A stretch of 63,620 bases of DNA, counting the filler, from Choristocarpus tenellus KU-1152 (taxonomy: Eukaryota; Protista; Phaeophyceae), in NCBI GenBank assembly GCA_964200185.2. It is 12 parts of 12 records of this genome, joined end to end, with 100 filler letters (N's around TTAATTAATTAA, not from the genome) between each part and the next. Parts side by side here need not be neighbours in the genome. Positions count along the whole stretch, not along the records: positions 1 to 4,302 come from CAXNAD020015214.1; positions 4,403 to 7,764 come from CAXNAD020020535.1; positions 7,865 to 11,370 come from CAXNAD020019567.1; positions 11,471 to 20,648 come from CAXNAD020003913.1; 8 more parts are not named here. The stretch is one strand, 5' to 3'. Made by a program: the position numbers and the translations under genes. This document shows positions 1 to 11,588 of the stretch, piece after piece; within the stretch, counting starts at the first letter, position 1; every line of letters begins with the position of its first letter. The notes beneath the pieces are model-generated. The model ran no database searches. It was not told where the DNA came from and worked only from the letters and a program-made list of their open reading frames with translations.

Positions 1-190
1 AAAAGGGGGGCGCCCAGGAAATGCACCGTATCCCCCCCCCCCCCCAAAAACCCCCCCCCCCCCCCCCCCCGGGGGGCTAATAGCTCATGCTTTCTCACCC
101 CTTGTTTTGCTGCAGCCTTTCTCCACATCAACTTTTCTAAATTATCTTAGCCCCTGAAGCTGACTGCTACTGAGGAAGAGAGACGCTTAC

Positions 191-2104
191 CATCACACCG
201 CATTGCTCGCCACAGGCCTTTACGTCGATGTCAGCATCTTCAACAGCCAACTTGGTCGCGGCCACAGCAAAGTGAGTGCAGCGATCATTGCTCCGCACAC
301 TCTTCTTGTTCTTGAAGTACTCTCCAGCCTCGAAGTCTTTCACCTTTAGCAGTAACGTATTTTTTTGGTTGGGTAGGGTAGGAGAGGGGAGGGTGGAGTC
401 TGATCGGGATCTTCTGTGTAACGTGTTTGCTGGGAAGACAGTAAGGAATCGTGCATCTGGGTGATATGTGGTGGTATTTCTTAAGCCACTGGTGTGTCAA
501 CACTATGATAGCTTTATGCATACGTGGCACTGACGACTTGAAAAGTGGTGTCTCCTCCATGTCAAACAGTGAGAAGAAAGCTGAAGAGAGAGCATCTACA
601 GGACAACCAACTCCTTTATTTTTTTTCTGACACTTTCTTCACTGTATCTTCACTATACAGACAGTGCATTTTTGCACACATAAATTTTTCCCCTCAAGAC
701 CTTCCTGTGCCAATTCATATCTCATAAAATTATCCCCTTTTGCACATGAATGATGGCGTGGATGTATACATTGAGTGTCTCTGCGAACGATACCTCTGTG
801 GATTCAACAAGGATCACGGCTTGGTGGCGGTGGTCTATGGGTAATTCATCGTAAAACACTCTGCCAAAACCATAAACTACCAACCACAGAATAAGGTAGA
901 CTCGACTACTATTGAGCAAAGACTGCGTGGCAGCTTGTATTGACAACACCATACAAGACAATTAACAGAAGGAATTTCAGCAACTGAAATAAAAAGTGTT
1001 GCAGCTAACCCTAACCCTAACCCTTCATGTGTGGCAGCGAAGTCTAGGCTAAGAATTGTGACCAGTATAATTCCGGCTGTACAGATTCCAGAAATCATAT
1101 TTCCACTTCTTGACTTTTAGTTGGTGTTTGTGCTGTTCAGGATATACCACTGGTTGTCCAAAGGTTGCAATCAAGGTTATCGGTAACGAGTGTGTTGGGT
1201 ACAACCTTCTTGGACGATGGCAGGTTTGACCTTAACCTTTCTTGCACCATTGCACTATTGCACGTCATTAATAACAGGGAAAACATCACACGCTACACGT
1301 GGACTTTCACTTCAACCACACCAGTTACAAAAGGAACAAACAGGTGAAGCAAAAGCGAACATCTTGCACACATGGCGAGTCAAGGCACAGATACACTCGT
1401 TTAGCTGCCTTTTGTCGTCCCTTTTCCGAAAAGTCACAACGCAGCTAATCGCAAGGTTTGTAGGCACTCTTACAGCATCTACATCTCTTCGGCGTGCATT
1501 CTCTTAAGACTCGTGCTCCCCACCAACAAAACCAACATGCTGATAGTCATACCTCGGAGCCAATTTGGCACTTGAAATCTGCAGGGTCGAAGCTCTCAAT
1601 GCGATCGATGGAGCACTTGCCATCTAGGAGCCCCTCCCAAAAGGACTCCACCCCAGTTCCCACTCCTGACACCACCCCCAAACCTGTAACCACCACCTTC
1701 CTCTTCCCTCCTGCTGACATCTTCATACCACTCGAGGTGCCTACCTAAAGTCAAACAAGCCAGGTACGCATGTGGGTACGTTGGTTTTGGTATCGGAACT
1801 CCTTGGAGGCACACTCTCTATTGGAGGTATTACCAAGTACCAAGCTGGTGAACAGAAAGGTTCCTAGCTGCACGAGGAAAACATTGATCTACAGCATAAA
1901 GCCAACCATTTAACCGGAAACAGGATGATTTCTGTAGCATGTAGCATGTACAGTGTTCCTTGCCTGTAGACAGTACGCTATTCCTGCAGTGTGTACCTGC
2001 CGTGCAGGAGCCAAATTTCGCGGTGACGCAAGGAAAGCAGACGCACTGGCGACTAAACCCATCAAAAGAGAAGCTCTGATCCCCATGCGATCCATCTGAG
2101 GCAT
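191..2104 (-). CDS. fabF: Plastid-targeted beta-ketoacyl-ACP synthase (FabF/KAS II type), 5' part; exons 2104-1997, 1744-1553, 343-191
   Basis: Spliced GT-AG phase-0 exons read MPQMDRMGIRASLLMGLVASASAFLA...|...KRKVVVTGLGVVSGVGTGVESFWEGLLDGKCSIDRIESFDPADFKCQIGSE|VKDFEAGEYFKNKKSVRSNDRCTHFAVAATKLAVEDA. This is the classic ketosynthase N-terminus (RVVVTGLG...GEVKDF...DR..FA..A..A..DA), preceded by a signal peptide and an ASAF stramenopile plastid motif. Confidence 0.93.
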
Positions 2105-2634
2105 GGCGTCAGTCTTGCGTTTTTGGGTGGGGTTCTAAAATATTCGGTCAAGAGGTAATACTTGACCTTCCCCTGTGATGTTACCACAGCAGGCAATTTC
2201 AAAGTGGCCTGGGTGCCTCACACTCCCCGTACCTCCCAGAGGACACCCGCCACTGCGTCGGGCGGGAGGAATCGATGAAAGGGAAGAGGTTTCAAATGGG
2301 TTTGTGTGTTCAAATTTTGAACGCAAGTTAATGAAGAGTTCATGTGTGTCTCACATCTATTGTAGGCGTCGGCGACGAACCTCCACTAAAAACAAAGCAC
2401 ATCAAACTAAGGAACATCAAACTAAGGAACAAGTAAGTGTATAGAGAGGTATTTGGATTAGAGGGGAGTCATTTTCTACGTCTTTCTGTGGGTAGCAAAG
2501 ACCAACTAAAATTTCATTACCTTAGTTGGCACGCGCAGGAAAAGAAGGTTCGACGGGGCTGCAGCTGACGAACGGAAGGGATTTGAAGAGATAGGCGGCT
2601 TGGCCGCATCAGGAAGGAGAGTGAGGGGAAAAAG
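2105..2634. promoter_or_regulatory. Putative bidirectional promoter/5'UTR region between fabF and AP1S
   Basis: Two divergent start codons about 530 bp apart within one contig; no specific motif identified. Confidence 0.55.
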
Positions 2635-3629
2635 ATGGTAGGTTTGCTTTGACGATCATTATGCTTACTTAGACTATGCTGGTAGATGTGGACTGTGTCC
2701 TACGCGGTTGTCAACCTACCACACCAATTCGGTCGTTATCTGTTTTGTCTCGGGTCGTGTTTTTTCGACTGTATAATGATTGTGAACATCAGTATAATTG
2801 CTTGCGTCTAAATGTGTGTGTGCGCTCACTGACATTGGTGCGATTGTTGGATTTTACTGATGTGCTATGATGGAAGGGATTATTTCAGCCCCTCATATCA
2901 CACTACAAGCAACAACCTTGCGCCTGCCTCCACCCCTACCCTCCTCCCCTTGCTCAATCTTTCTCTAGATTAACTTTCTGCTGCTTATCAGCCGACAGGG
3001 GAAGACGAGATTGACGAAATGGTACAACACCTATTCAGCCAAGGTTAGAAGCTTGATATGTTTCCTCTCCTTATTTCCGGCCCAGCCCTACGCTTTACTG
3101 TTGGTTCCCATCAATTTTGCGATGCTCTTTCTCTTTTATGAGGAATACCCAAGAGTCTTCAAGAAAGCTGACTGCGCTCATTCGATGCGAGGGCATATCT
3201 TTCTTGATGCATTTTGTGAAGACAAATACGCTAAGTCTATCGTTGAAGTCAACTGTGTCGTAAGTGAACCAACAATTCACCTTTGCTAAGTATCGAAGAT
3301 AACAGATATGGTGGTTCGTAGTAGATATATTTAGACATGAATTGGAGCATGGAGACTAACCTTCTTGTCATGTCCCACCTCAATCAATGAGGGAAGGGAG
3401 GGAGAAGGGAGGGTGGCTTGCAATGGTGGTGTCCCGCCAGCAACAGACCTTCACCAGAAGATTTTTGAGCCGACTTCGTCAATATGATTCCTCAACAACT
3501 CCGATCTCGCCATTCTGTTGATCAGGAAAAAGCTCGCATTGTGAGAGAGGTAACATCCACAGTGCTGGCGCGGGCACCCAAGATGTGCAATTTTGTAGAG
3601 TGGAGGGATAAGAAGATTGTCTACAAAAG
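2635..3629 (+). CDS. AP1S: Adaptor protein complex sigma subunit (AP-1 sigma-like), 5' part; exons 2635-2637 (ATG only), 2969-3043, 3526-3629
   Basis: Spliced product M|[25 protein letters not shown]|[34 protein letters not shown](R) matches the clathrin adaptor small chain (SRQGKxRLxKWY; LAR.PKMC.F.EW; IVYKRYASL). Confidence 0.92.
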
Positions 3630-4302
3630 GCAAGCGAAACAACGTAACAGGCCGTAAAGCCCCTACACCTCCCCCACCCCCCATTTCGTGTTACAGTAAA
3701 AAACGACGTTTTATTTAGCGCAAATGCTGAGAAGGTAAGTTCCAGGTTGCAAAAGACGTCATGTTTCCTGTCGATTGTACGAAGAGATGTTGTGCTGCGT
3801 GATGACAACAGGAATTTTTTAATTGGAGAGATACAGGTTGGTTGGAAGGTCCAGCATGTCAAAACAAGAATCATCCAGACAAAATCCGATGAACTAGGAG
3901 GCTTATTTTGGAACTATTAACTAGAGTCCTGAATTTCACTTGCCCCACATTGATGGAAATAGTGATTGAGCCTGGAACAGGGTATCTTGTTACAGAAAGT
4001 AATGGGAAATTGGATTGGCTGGCAACACCTGAGAGGTGATATGGAGAGGTGTTGTGGGTGGGCAACCATACAGTAAAGAGGGTGGGTTTCCTGGTGATTG
4101 GGTTGTATGTGTAAGCAATGATTCAGCAGGTGGCCTTAGTTGTCCCCCCACTCCCCTAATGTCTTAGGATTAGAGTTAACTACTCCATCAGCATACACAA
4201 GATTGTAACTGTGGAGTGAAATCCCCCCCCCCCCCCCCAACAACCTTTTGGGTACTTGCAGGGAAGGCCTTCCTTTCCTTTTTTTTTTCCTCGGCAAAGA
4301 AA

Positions 4303-4402
4303 NNNNNNNNNNNNNNNNNNNNNNNNNNNNNNNNNNNNNNNNNNNNTTAATTAATTAANNNNNNNNNNNNNNNNNNNNNNNNNNNNNNNNNNNNNNNNNN
4401 NN
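4303..4402. other. Artificial contig linker (first of 11; others at 7765, 11371, 20649, 25337, 28544, 37184, 44663, 48583, 54834, 58413)
   Basis: Identical 44N-TTAATTAATTAA-44N spacer giving stop codons in all six frames. Confidence 0.99.
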
Positions 4403-4755
4403 TGGCGACTGGTTGCAGGAGACAGAATGTAGATACCAGACATGCCCGCACCTGCCCTAGGGGTCAGGAGGACAGGTTCGCCAACACACACTCATGATGA
4501 AAGTTCTGGGACAACTATGCAAAGGAATGGACATCCCTTGTGCTATGGAGGACGGCAGTCCGTTCATTATAAACAGGAATTTCCGCATTGATCTGGTCTT
4601 CCACACTGGTGCACTCACAGACGCCGGATCAGCTCCCTAAGAGACAAAGGCCTCCTCCTGGACGTTGCGTTTGCTGAAGTCCAGGCAGCATCTCACCTGC
4701 TAAACTTATCCACCAGCAATGGTGTAGCTGCTGCTGCAGCTATGATAATAATAAC
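4403..4755 (+). mobile_element. CRE-like (RLE-type) non-LTR retrotransposon fragment
   Basis: Degenerate translation GCRRQNVDTRHARTC...QLCKGMDIPCAMEDGSPFIINRNFRIDLVFHTGALTDAGSAP*RDKGLLLDVAFAEVQ, i.e. a zinc knuckle plus the start of the RLE domain. Homologous to 28056-28350 and 59970-60300. Confidence 0.75.
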
Positions 4756-6299
4756 AGTTTGATGTACCATTAGTCTAATACCTTCATGTGGTTCACACAT
4801 CGTGTGATGCTACAAATAATTATAGGAGTAATCTACAACAGACCACACATGCCTACTCCAGAGTAGTATGTGGTAGCAGTGGTAGTATTTTAGTTGTATT
4901 TCTAACGAGATTTGCGTGTTACTGTTGTGAATAAATGTTGATTGTGTAGCAATTTATGGTGTGTGTGGTAGTTACAAGAGAGACAAGCTACCTCATCCTC
5001 CTGAAACAGATGGAAACAAGCCGACAGGTTCTTCGTAATGAAGAGGAGCGGGGAAGACCCACTGGAGGCAAGGTCAAAGAGAGAGACAAGTCAAGAGGGA
5101 GAGCAACCCCTCAGAAGATCACTCGGGAAAGGAGTGCTCCAGTGGTAACTGAATGAAGGGGGGGTTGGCAATTCACTCCAAACCACCCGATCTTGCTTCA
5201 AGCAGATGCTACCTTCAACATGCAAAAACAAATGTCATATGAGTATCAGAATCTTAAAGATAGGTTACCTTCCGGATAGACCTATGGAAGATGGATCTCA
5301 CAAATATACTCCTACTATTTCATTAATAAAAAGACTAGTTAAAAATAATATTTTCATCTTACCATGTTCGGTATTTACTTCTAACTACTTCGAAGTACTT
5401 AAAGTTTGTTTTTGTGTTGCATCATCAGTACTACTACGAAAAACCTAGTTGGAATTGGTTGAACCTGGGATTGAATTAATTGTGCTCTTGCACGGTGGCA
5501 GGTTGGCTGTGAAAAAAGGGTTGTCATGATGCAATGAAACACTGGTGAGTTCTGGCTGATGAACCTAGTGATATGCTGTGCACAGTCAGAGGTTATTTGG
5601 TGTAGTGATGTTGGATATTCCTTGGTACATTCAAAGGAAGAGATTCATGCACCCTGTATGAGCTTGCCACCTTGTGAAGAAGGGTTTTGCGGATGTTTTA
5701 ACCCTGACTATATAGCATCCGGTGTGTGTCAGGTACACTTACTACTGCAGAGTGAACTTGCAGGATCATACTATGATATATATCCAAAGGCATTCCCCAA
5801 AACGTTAGTATGCACAACAGCCTGGATTTTGATATTTTCCCTCATGTGACACATCATTTGCAAAATGTCAAGAGTTCATAGTAATAATATATAATACTCA
5901 ACTACATATCGAGTCTGGTGTTGTTGTATAGCTAGATGAAAAACGAAGTGTATGGAGGAATTGAGCCTGGAACGTTGTCTGTAACCCTATTATACACTAT
6001 TAGTACAATCTAAACTTGTCAAGAGCAACGAACGTTAAAGGCTGAATGTTGCCGAACGTTCTAGGGAACGCTGCTTTTGAGTGTTACGTTTTCCGATGTG
6101 TGTTGAAGTGTAGGTTGCTTGTCCCAATATCATTGTGCGTTCGTTCGTCTCTTTTTTGTATCTTCCTTTCAACTCTGATGTAGATCATACTTGATGTACA
6201 TTAAAGTTATGAAAAGAGGAAGTGTAAGGGTTCGATTCTCGATAGCAGATATGGTTTACGACGGGTCGTGGCAGTAACGCTGGAGTTGAGATACGTCCT

Positions 6300-7398
6300 A
6301 TGGCAACACTGGAAACTCGAGGAGCAGATCTCTACAGCCAAGGAGGTAGGTGCATTGCATATCGTTCTGTTTTGTCCACCTACCAGAGCACATTTTATCG
6401 TTTATTACTATGTGCGATAGAAATAGCACACCCCTCCCTTTAGCATTTGGAATACCTGGTTACACACTTTTTTCACCCCTACTGCCATAGCTGTTTTGTT
6501 CTCGCTCGTTCCAGGCCTGCGCTTGAAGGTTGGAGTTGTCAGGATAGGCAACCTCGAGCTGACTGTGCAGTACAGCCCGCCAGTCTTTAGGCAAACCGAT
6601 GGCAGGAAGAGAAAGGATGAATCCTCTGCAGACATTGTTATCTCGGAGCAGCACGATAAGACGGGTCTTATGGTGTGGCCTGGGTCCTACCAGTTGGCCC
6701 GCTTCCTCACCAATCCCTCTTGCCGAGCTTACTTCAACTCTAATCACTCAAGGTCAACGTCAAGGCATACGATCCTCGAACTAGGTGCAGGAGCAGGGAT
6801 TTGCGGTATAGTGGCAGCCAAGGCATTAGCATGCCCAGTCCTACTTACGGACAAGGATGAAGGAGTGCTGGAAAACTTGAGGTACAATGTGACCTTGAAC
6901 GAACTGCAGAGCAGTGTGAAGGTCATGAAACTAGATTGGACGTCTAGTGTCCCGATGGAAGTGAAGGAGAGCGCACCCTTCAAGGTATGGTGTCCTTCCT
7001 GCTTATCTGCGAGCCATAAGAATTGGGAGAAGTTATACTGAACAACCCGATAGCTGCAATGCCATAGGCTGATCTAGTGAGGCTTGAAAATGCAGATGGC
7101 TGACGAGATATGAATATCCTGATAGTGGAGACAATGAAGACCGCGTTGACCCATCTAGAGGAGATGATCTTGTGGCGGGGTGAGGGGTCTGATTCTCAAC
7201 TCCAAACCTTAACCGTGCGACAAATATGCAATCTCTCGTGAAATGTTCCACTCGTGAATGGTACAATTTGTACTGCCTCCATGATCAACCTCAACGATCT
7301 TTGGTTCTGCACAGGTTATCCTTGCCTCTGACAGTATCTATCCTGGCAAGTCCATCATCGCAACTGAAGCTTTCTTTACTACTGTGGCTCTGTTGTTG
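6300..7398 (+). CDS. SAM-dependent seven-beta-strand methyltransferase (Methyltransf_16/METTL-like); exons 6300-6345, 6515-6984, 7315-7398
   Basis: Motifs TGLMVWPGSYQLARFL, ILELGAGAGICG, LLTD, LRYNVTLN, KLDW, VILASDSIY; splice phases are consistent (1, 0). Confidence 0.88.
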
Positions 7399-8309
7399 GT
7401 GAGGGGGAACAATTGGAATTATTCAAGTTTCTTGAACGGGGCGAGAAGTGCCACAAATGAAGATGCCTAGAAAGAGCTGCACTGTAAACCCCGGTTTCTG
7501 TTGTACAAATGCTGTGCCGCTGAGGAGTCGACTGAGTTGTCTTGCAACCTCTCATTACACTGAATGCGAGCGAATATAGAATAAGGAGATTCACATCTTG
7601 AAAGAGGTAGAGCTCTATACCACAAACCAATGCATTCCTGTATTTGTGTTAAATTGAAACTGTCACTATCAATGGAACACATGGGGTCAACGTATCTGGG
7701 GGGGGAGTGTCGGCGTCCGTTTTCACCCTTTTTTCGATTTTCACTTTTTTGGTGGTATTTGATCNNNNNNNNNNNNNNNNNNNNNNNNNNNNNNNNNNNN
7801 NNNNNNNNTTAATTAATTAANNNNNNNNNNNNNNNNNNNNNNNNNNNNNNNNNNNNNNNNNNNNCTTTTTCCCCTTTGTGGTAACACAGCCCCCCCGGTG
7901 GAAGTCCCCCCCCCCCCCCCCCAGATACTTTGGGTCTCCATAGAAACACATCAGTGAATTAAAAAGTAAGTTTGAAAATCATACCTAAGCTGCAAATGGG
8001 TCTGAAATTGGGTACCTCTAGTGTACTTTGGCTCTCCCTATAACCCTAATACCCATCGAACAAACAGCACAGCACACCCACTTTGAATACCGAGAGCATC
8101 GCACAAGTGCACCATCCTCACCAAAGAGTAGTAAAACTTCGCTGCTATTGACCTGCGGAGGATATCATGTACAGTCTGACGTTGCTTCTAGTGATGCCAA
8201 GTGATGACAACGAATGAGTATACCTGGTTTAGGGAGTTGGAGCCGGTTGTTGCAGGTCTATGCAAGGTGCTCCATCGGAGAACTTACTAAAAAAGTTACT
8301 TATGCTCAC

Positions 8310-10980
8310 CTGAAACAGCCGTAACTTCCCAGTGCCCAAAGGAGCAACAGGTTGTGGCCCAGGTGATTTTTGACTCTGGCATTCCCAGTTCATCCCCCGA
8401 AATGCTCAAGTGCGACAACCTTCCCGAACTGTCACAGAAACGGATTGCCTTTCACAGCAAGTTGGAGGGTTAGGGTTAGGGCTAAGATGAGTAGATCAAT
8501 GAGAAGTTGTCGTTTATGTAGTGAGGAAGGTGACGGGGCTGGGATGTCAGAGTCTGTGTCCTGGTCACCAGAGACCCACAGTATCTTGGAGGGGGGTGAC
8601 TTAGGCCAGGGTGTGCATTGTGGGCTTGATAAAGTGTTGTAGGATACCTCGGTTTGATGCCCATTTCGTGAGTGATTTTCTTTTAGATTTGGTTCAGGCG
8701 GGAGGGTGGAAAATGAAGGTGAGTTCAGATGAAGGAAATTGTCATACATCACACGTTCACTCAGATGACATGAAAATCACTACAGGTTCATACAGGGTCT
8801 GAGTGGACGCACGACCCCCCACTCTACGATACTATGTGTCCAAGGACTAGGGTACTCTGAGTTTTGGGGTGAGACAGAGTTCGTGTGGATGCTCAAAACG
8901 CTCCACAACCACAGCCACAACAGGGACTGCAACCCAACCATTTCTAACTATCATGAGGGAAAATAGCTGCATGTGCAAGGACTTATGTAGAGGACATACA
9001 CAATGTCATAAAGCAAAAAGCTCGACAGAGACAGAGAGAGTCACACCAGAACACTTAAGGAATCAAAGGAGGACTAGGGGTAGTATGACGTTTTCCTGGG
9101 AGAAGGAACACACAGGTTGTTCCCTACAAATCAAGAAAGCCACAGCATTGTTGAATGAAAAGGGTAGATGACCTTCTTTGCCAACAGAGTATATTCTGCT
9201 ACAGCTAGGGGACCAGGGCAACGCCGCTTAGCTCCCCCTCCTACCTTCCCATCAATGGACATGTCCAGTGCCAGCACTGCAGATAGTGAATCTTTGAGGT
9301 CACCACCTGACTGCTGTGAGCGTTGGTGTTGGAGGCTAGAGCCGTTATGCAGCACTGAGAAGAAGTGAAGGGAGCCGTCTTGGCATCCTATCACGATCAC
9401 CTTCTCATCAGCAGAGATAGTCACAGCAGACACAGGGGACTGCGGCTTTTTATAACTAGGAGATCTGAGTATCAAGACGCAGGGGGCGGAGCCAACAAAA
9501 GGGATTTGGACAGAGCAAGATTCCGGGGTTGGATTCTGAAGGTCGTAGGTTGAAATACTGTGGTGATCATGCCTGTGAGTGATACCATGGATATACCTCA
9601 GTCTAAATCTGTTTGATATAATAAAATGGCCTTGGACAAAATGGGAAAATCTATGTTGACTTTTGTTCCGTGGAACAACTTCTTCCACTTTTGTTGACTT
9701 TGGTGATACAGATTATTTTCCTTAATTTAAAGTTCTTACTGGTCCCCCGATTTTTCAAGCTTGTCACGAAACAACCGAAGCGGGCAACCTCACACAACAA
9801 CGTTTGCCTGTGATGTATATATATATATATATTTCTGGTCTGAGCTTCTAGGTTGAAGTATATTATTCCCATCATTTGACCTACCTTTGTCCTAATCCTC
9901 ATCCATGAACTAACAATTTATCCACACCATCATTGCTCCCTGAGTTCAAGCGTATAGATTCTCCAGATCAACGTTTATCTTTTCACATTAACCTATTGAT
10001 AGCACCTTTCACGCTTGACACGCTTGACCCAATGTCAACAAATCCCTGACCATACCTCCATCCCTAACCCGTAACCCCAAGTTCAGTGATCTAGGCTACT
10101 TCAGACCTTGAAGATAGCAATTCGCGGTACCCACAACCTCTCTTTCACACCCACCTGCACAATACCTCCATTTCAATGTCAACAGGGTTCACCAGGACTA
10201 CATCACCCGTCTCCAGTCCGCACACCAAAAATCCTCCCCCTCCCCCTCCCCCTCCCCCTCCTGTGCCAGAGCTCCATGCCAATGCACCAATTGCCGGTGG
10301 GTGCGAACTTTCAATGGAAGAGCCCAATTTTCCTTTTTCTGTGCCTGGGACTCCCACCTCGAGAGAGGCCAAGACGCAGTGGCCTCTTACAGACCAGATG
10401 CGCAGTACACCATCTGCTCCACCCGAAGCAAACCGATCAGGATCCTTGGGACTGTGGGCTAGGGCACCACATCCGGTCCCCCCTTTGGGATCTGGCCCAG
10501 TCCCAGGACCCGGGACTAGGAGTAATGTCGTACCTGAGTCCATTGCAACCTGACCATTGATTGGACTTGAATCATTTGTCAGATGAAGCTTTGTGAACGG
10601 AAATATTTTTGGGGTCCTTTTGGTCCTGGGTGGAATAGATCATTTTGGATATAAGAGTGCTGCCATGATTTACATATTAGCCCAACAGTAACAGTACTAA
10701 CACTTTGCAAAAATCTGTGACGTAGTAAAAGTACTTGCCTGGGCTGAGCCAAATTCTGGATCCAACATCGACAAGATGAGCCCCTCTGAGTAGAGTCAGT
10801 CGGTTTGTCGCGCACAAAAAAGAAAAAGAAAACATCAAAAAAGAGATTTGAGTTCTTACAAAAGGGTTTGAATGTCTCACCTCAAATACCTTTCCTCTGG
10901 AGGTACCAACAACTGCGTTAGTCTCCAAGGAGTTGATGGCAACAGCACGGACAACCTCGGGTCTGCCCGATTGCTTCAAT
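8310..10980 (-). CDS. WD40-repeat protein, EML (echinoderm microtubule-associated protein-like) type; internal exons ~10980-10881, 10549-10155, 9464-9245, 8448-8310
   Basis: WD repeats ALAHSPKDPDRFASGGADGVLRIWS, IGALAWSS..LVCGLETGDV, VSAVTISADEKVIVIGCQDGSLHFF and LALDMSIDGK, then ITWATTCCSFGHWEV resembling the EML W.T.TC..G..V motif. Splice phases are compatible; the 5' edge of the first exon is approximate. Confidence 0.75.
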
Positions 10981-11173
10981 TCCTCAAACACCAACGCCAA
11001 GCACAAAGGGAGCATGTTGATGATACACGACGAAGGAAATAAATTTAAAAAAAAAATCATGGGAGAATTTAAACGTGCAAACCGCAACAACCAAATAAAA
11101 TTCTAATTCTCCTTACTGCAAAGCACGCTGAAGGTACTTCTTACCACCCAACAGCATTGAGATTGGAATGCTT

Positions 11174-11351
11174 GAGTGAAAGTATCTTAGAGGGTGCGAG
11201 TTTTGTCCTGTTTGTCCATTTGGGGCTTGGCTTCCCATGTTTTTTTTTATGACATTTTCCTGCTCCAAAATACTTCATAGTGGGTAAAATATATGCATTA
11301 TGAAATGGTGTGTCCAGATATGGATATTGACACTTCCTAGCAAACACGATT
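11174..11351 (+). mobile_element. MITE family 1 copy, 3'-truncated by a family 2 end at the contig edge
   Basis: Begins GAGTGAAAGTATCTTAGAGGG; body matches the other copies. Confidence 0.85.
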
Positions 11352-11588
11352 ACTCAAAGTATCTCGGGGGNNNNNNNNNNNNNNNNNNNNNNNNNNNNNN
11401 NNNNNNNNNNNNNNTTAATTAATTAANNNNNNNNNNNNNNNNNNNNNNNNNNNNNNNNNNNNNNNNNNNNGGGGCTGGTGTTCAGCCGTTGGCTCTTTCC
11501 CTCCCCCCAATTCCCCCCCCCCGGGAGTTTCCACCCCCCCCCTCCCTCCTCCCCCCCCCCCCCCCCCCCCCCCCCCCCCTACATGTAC

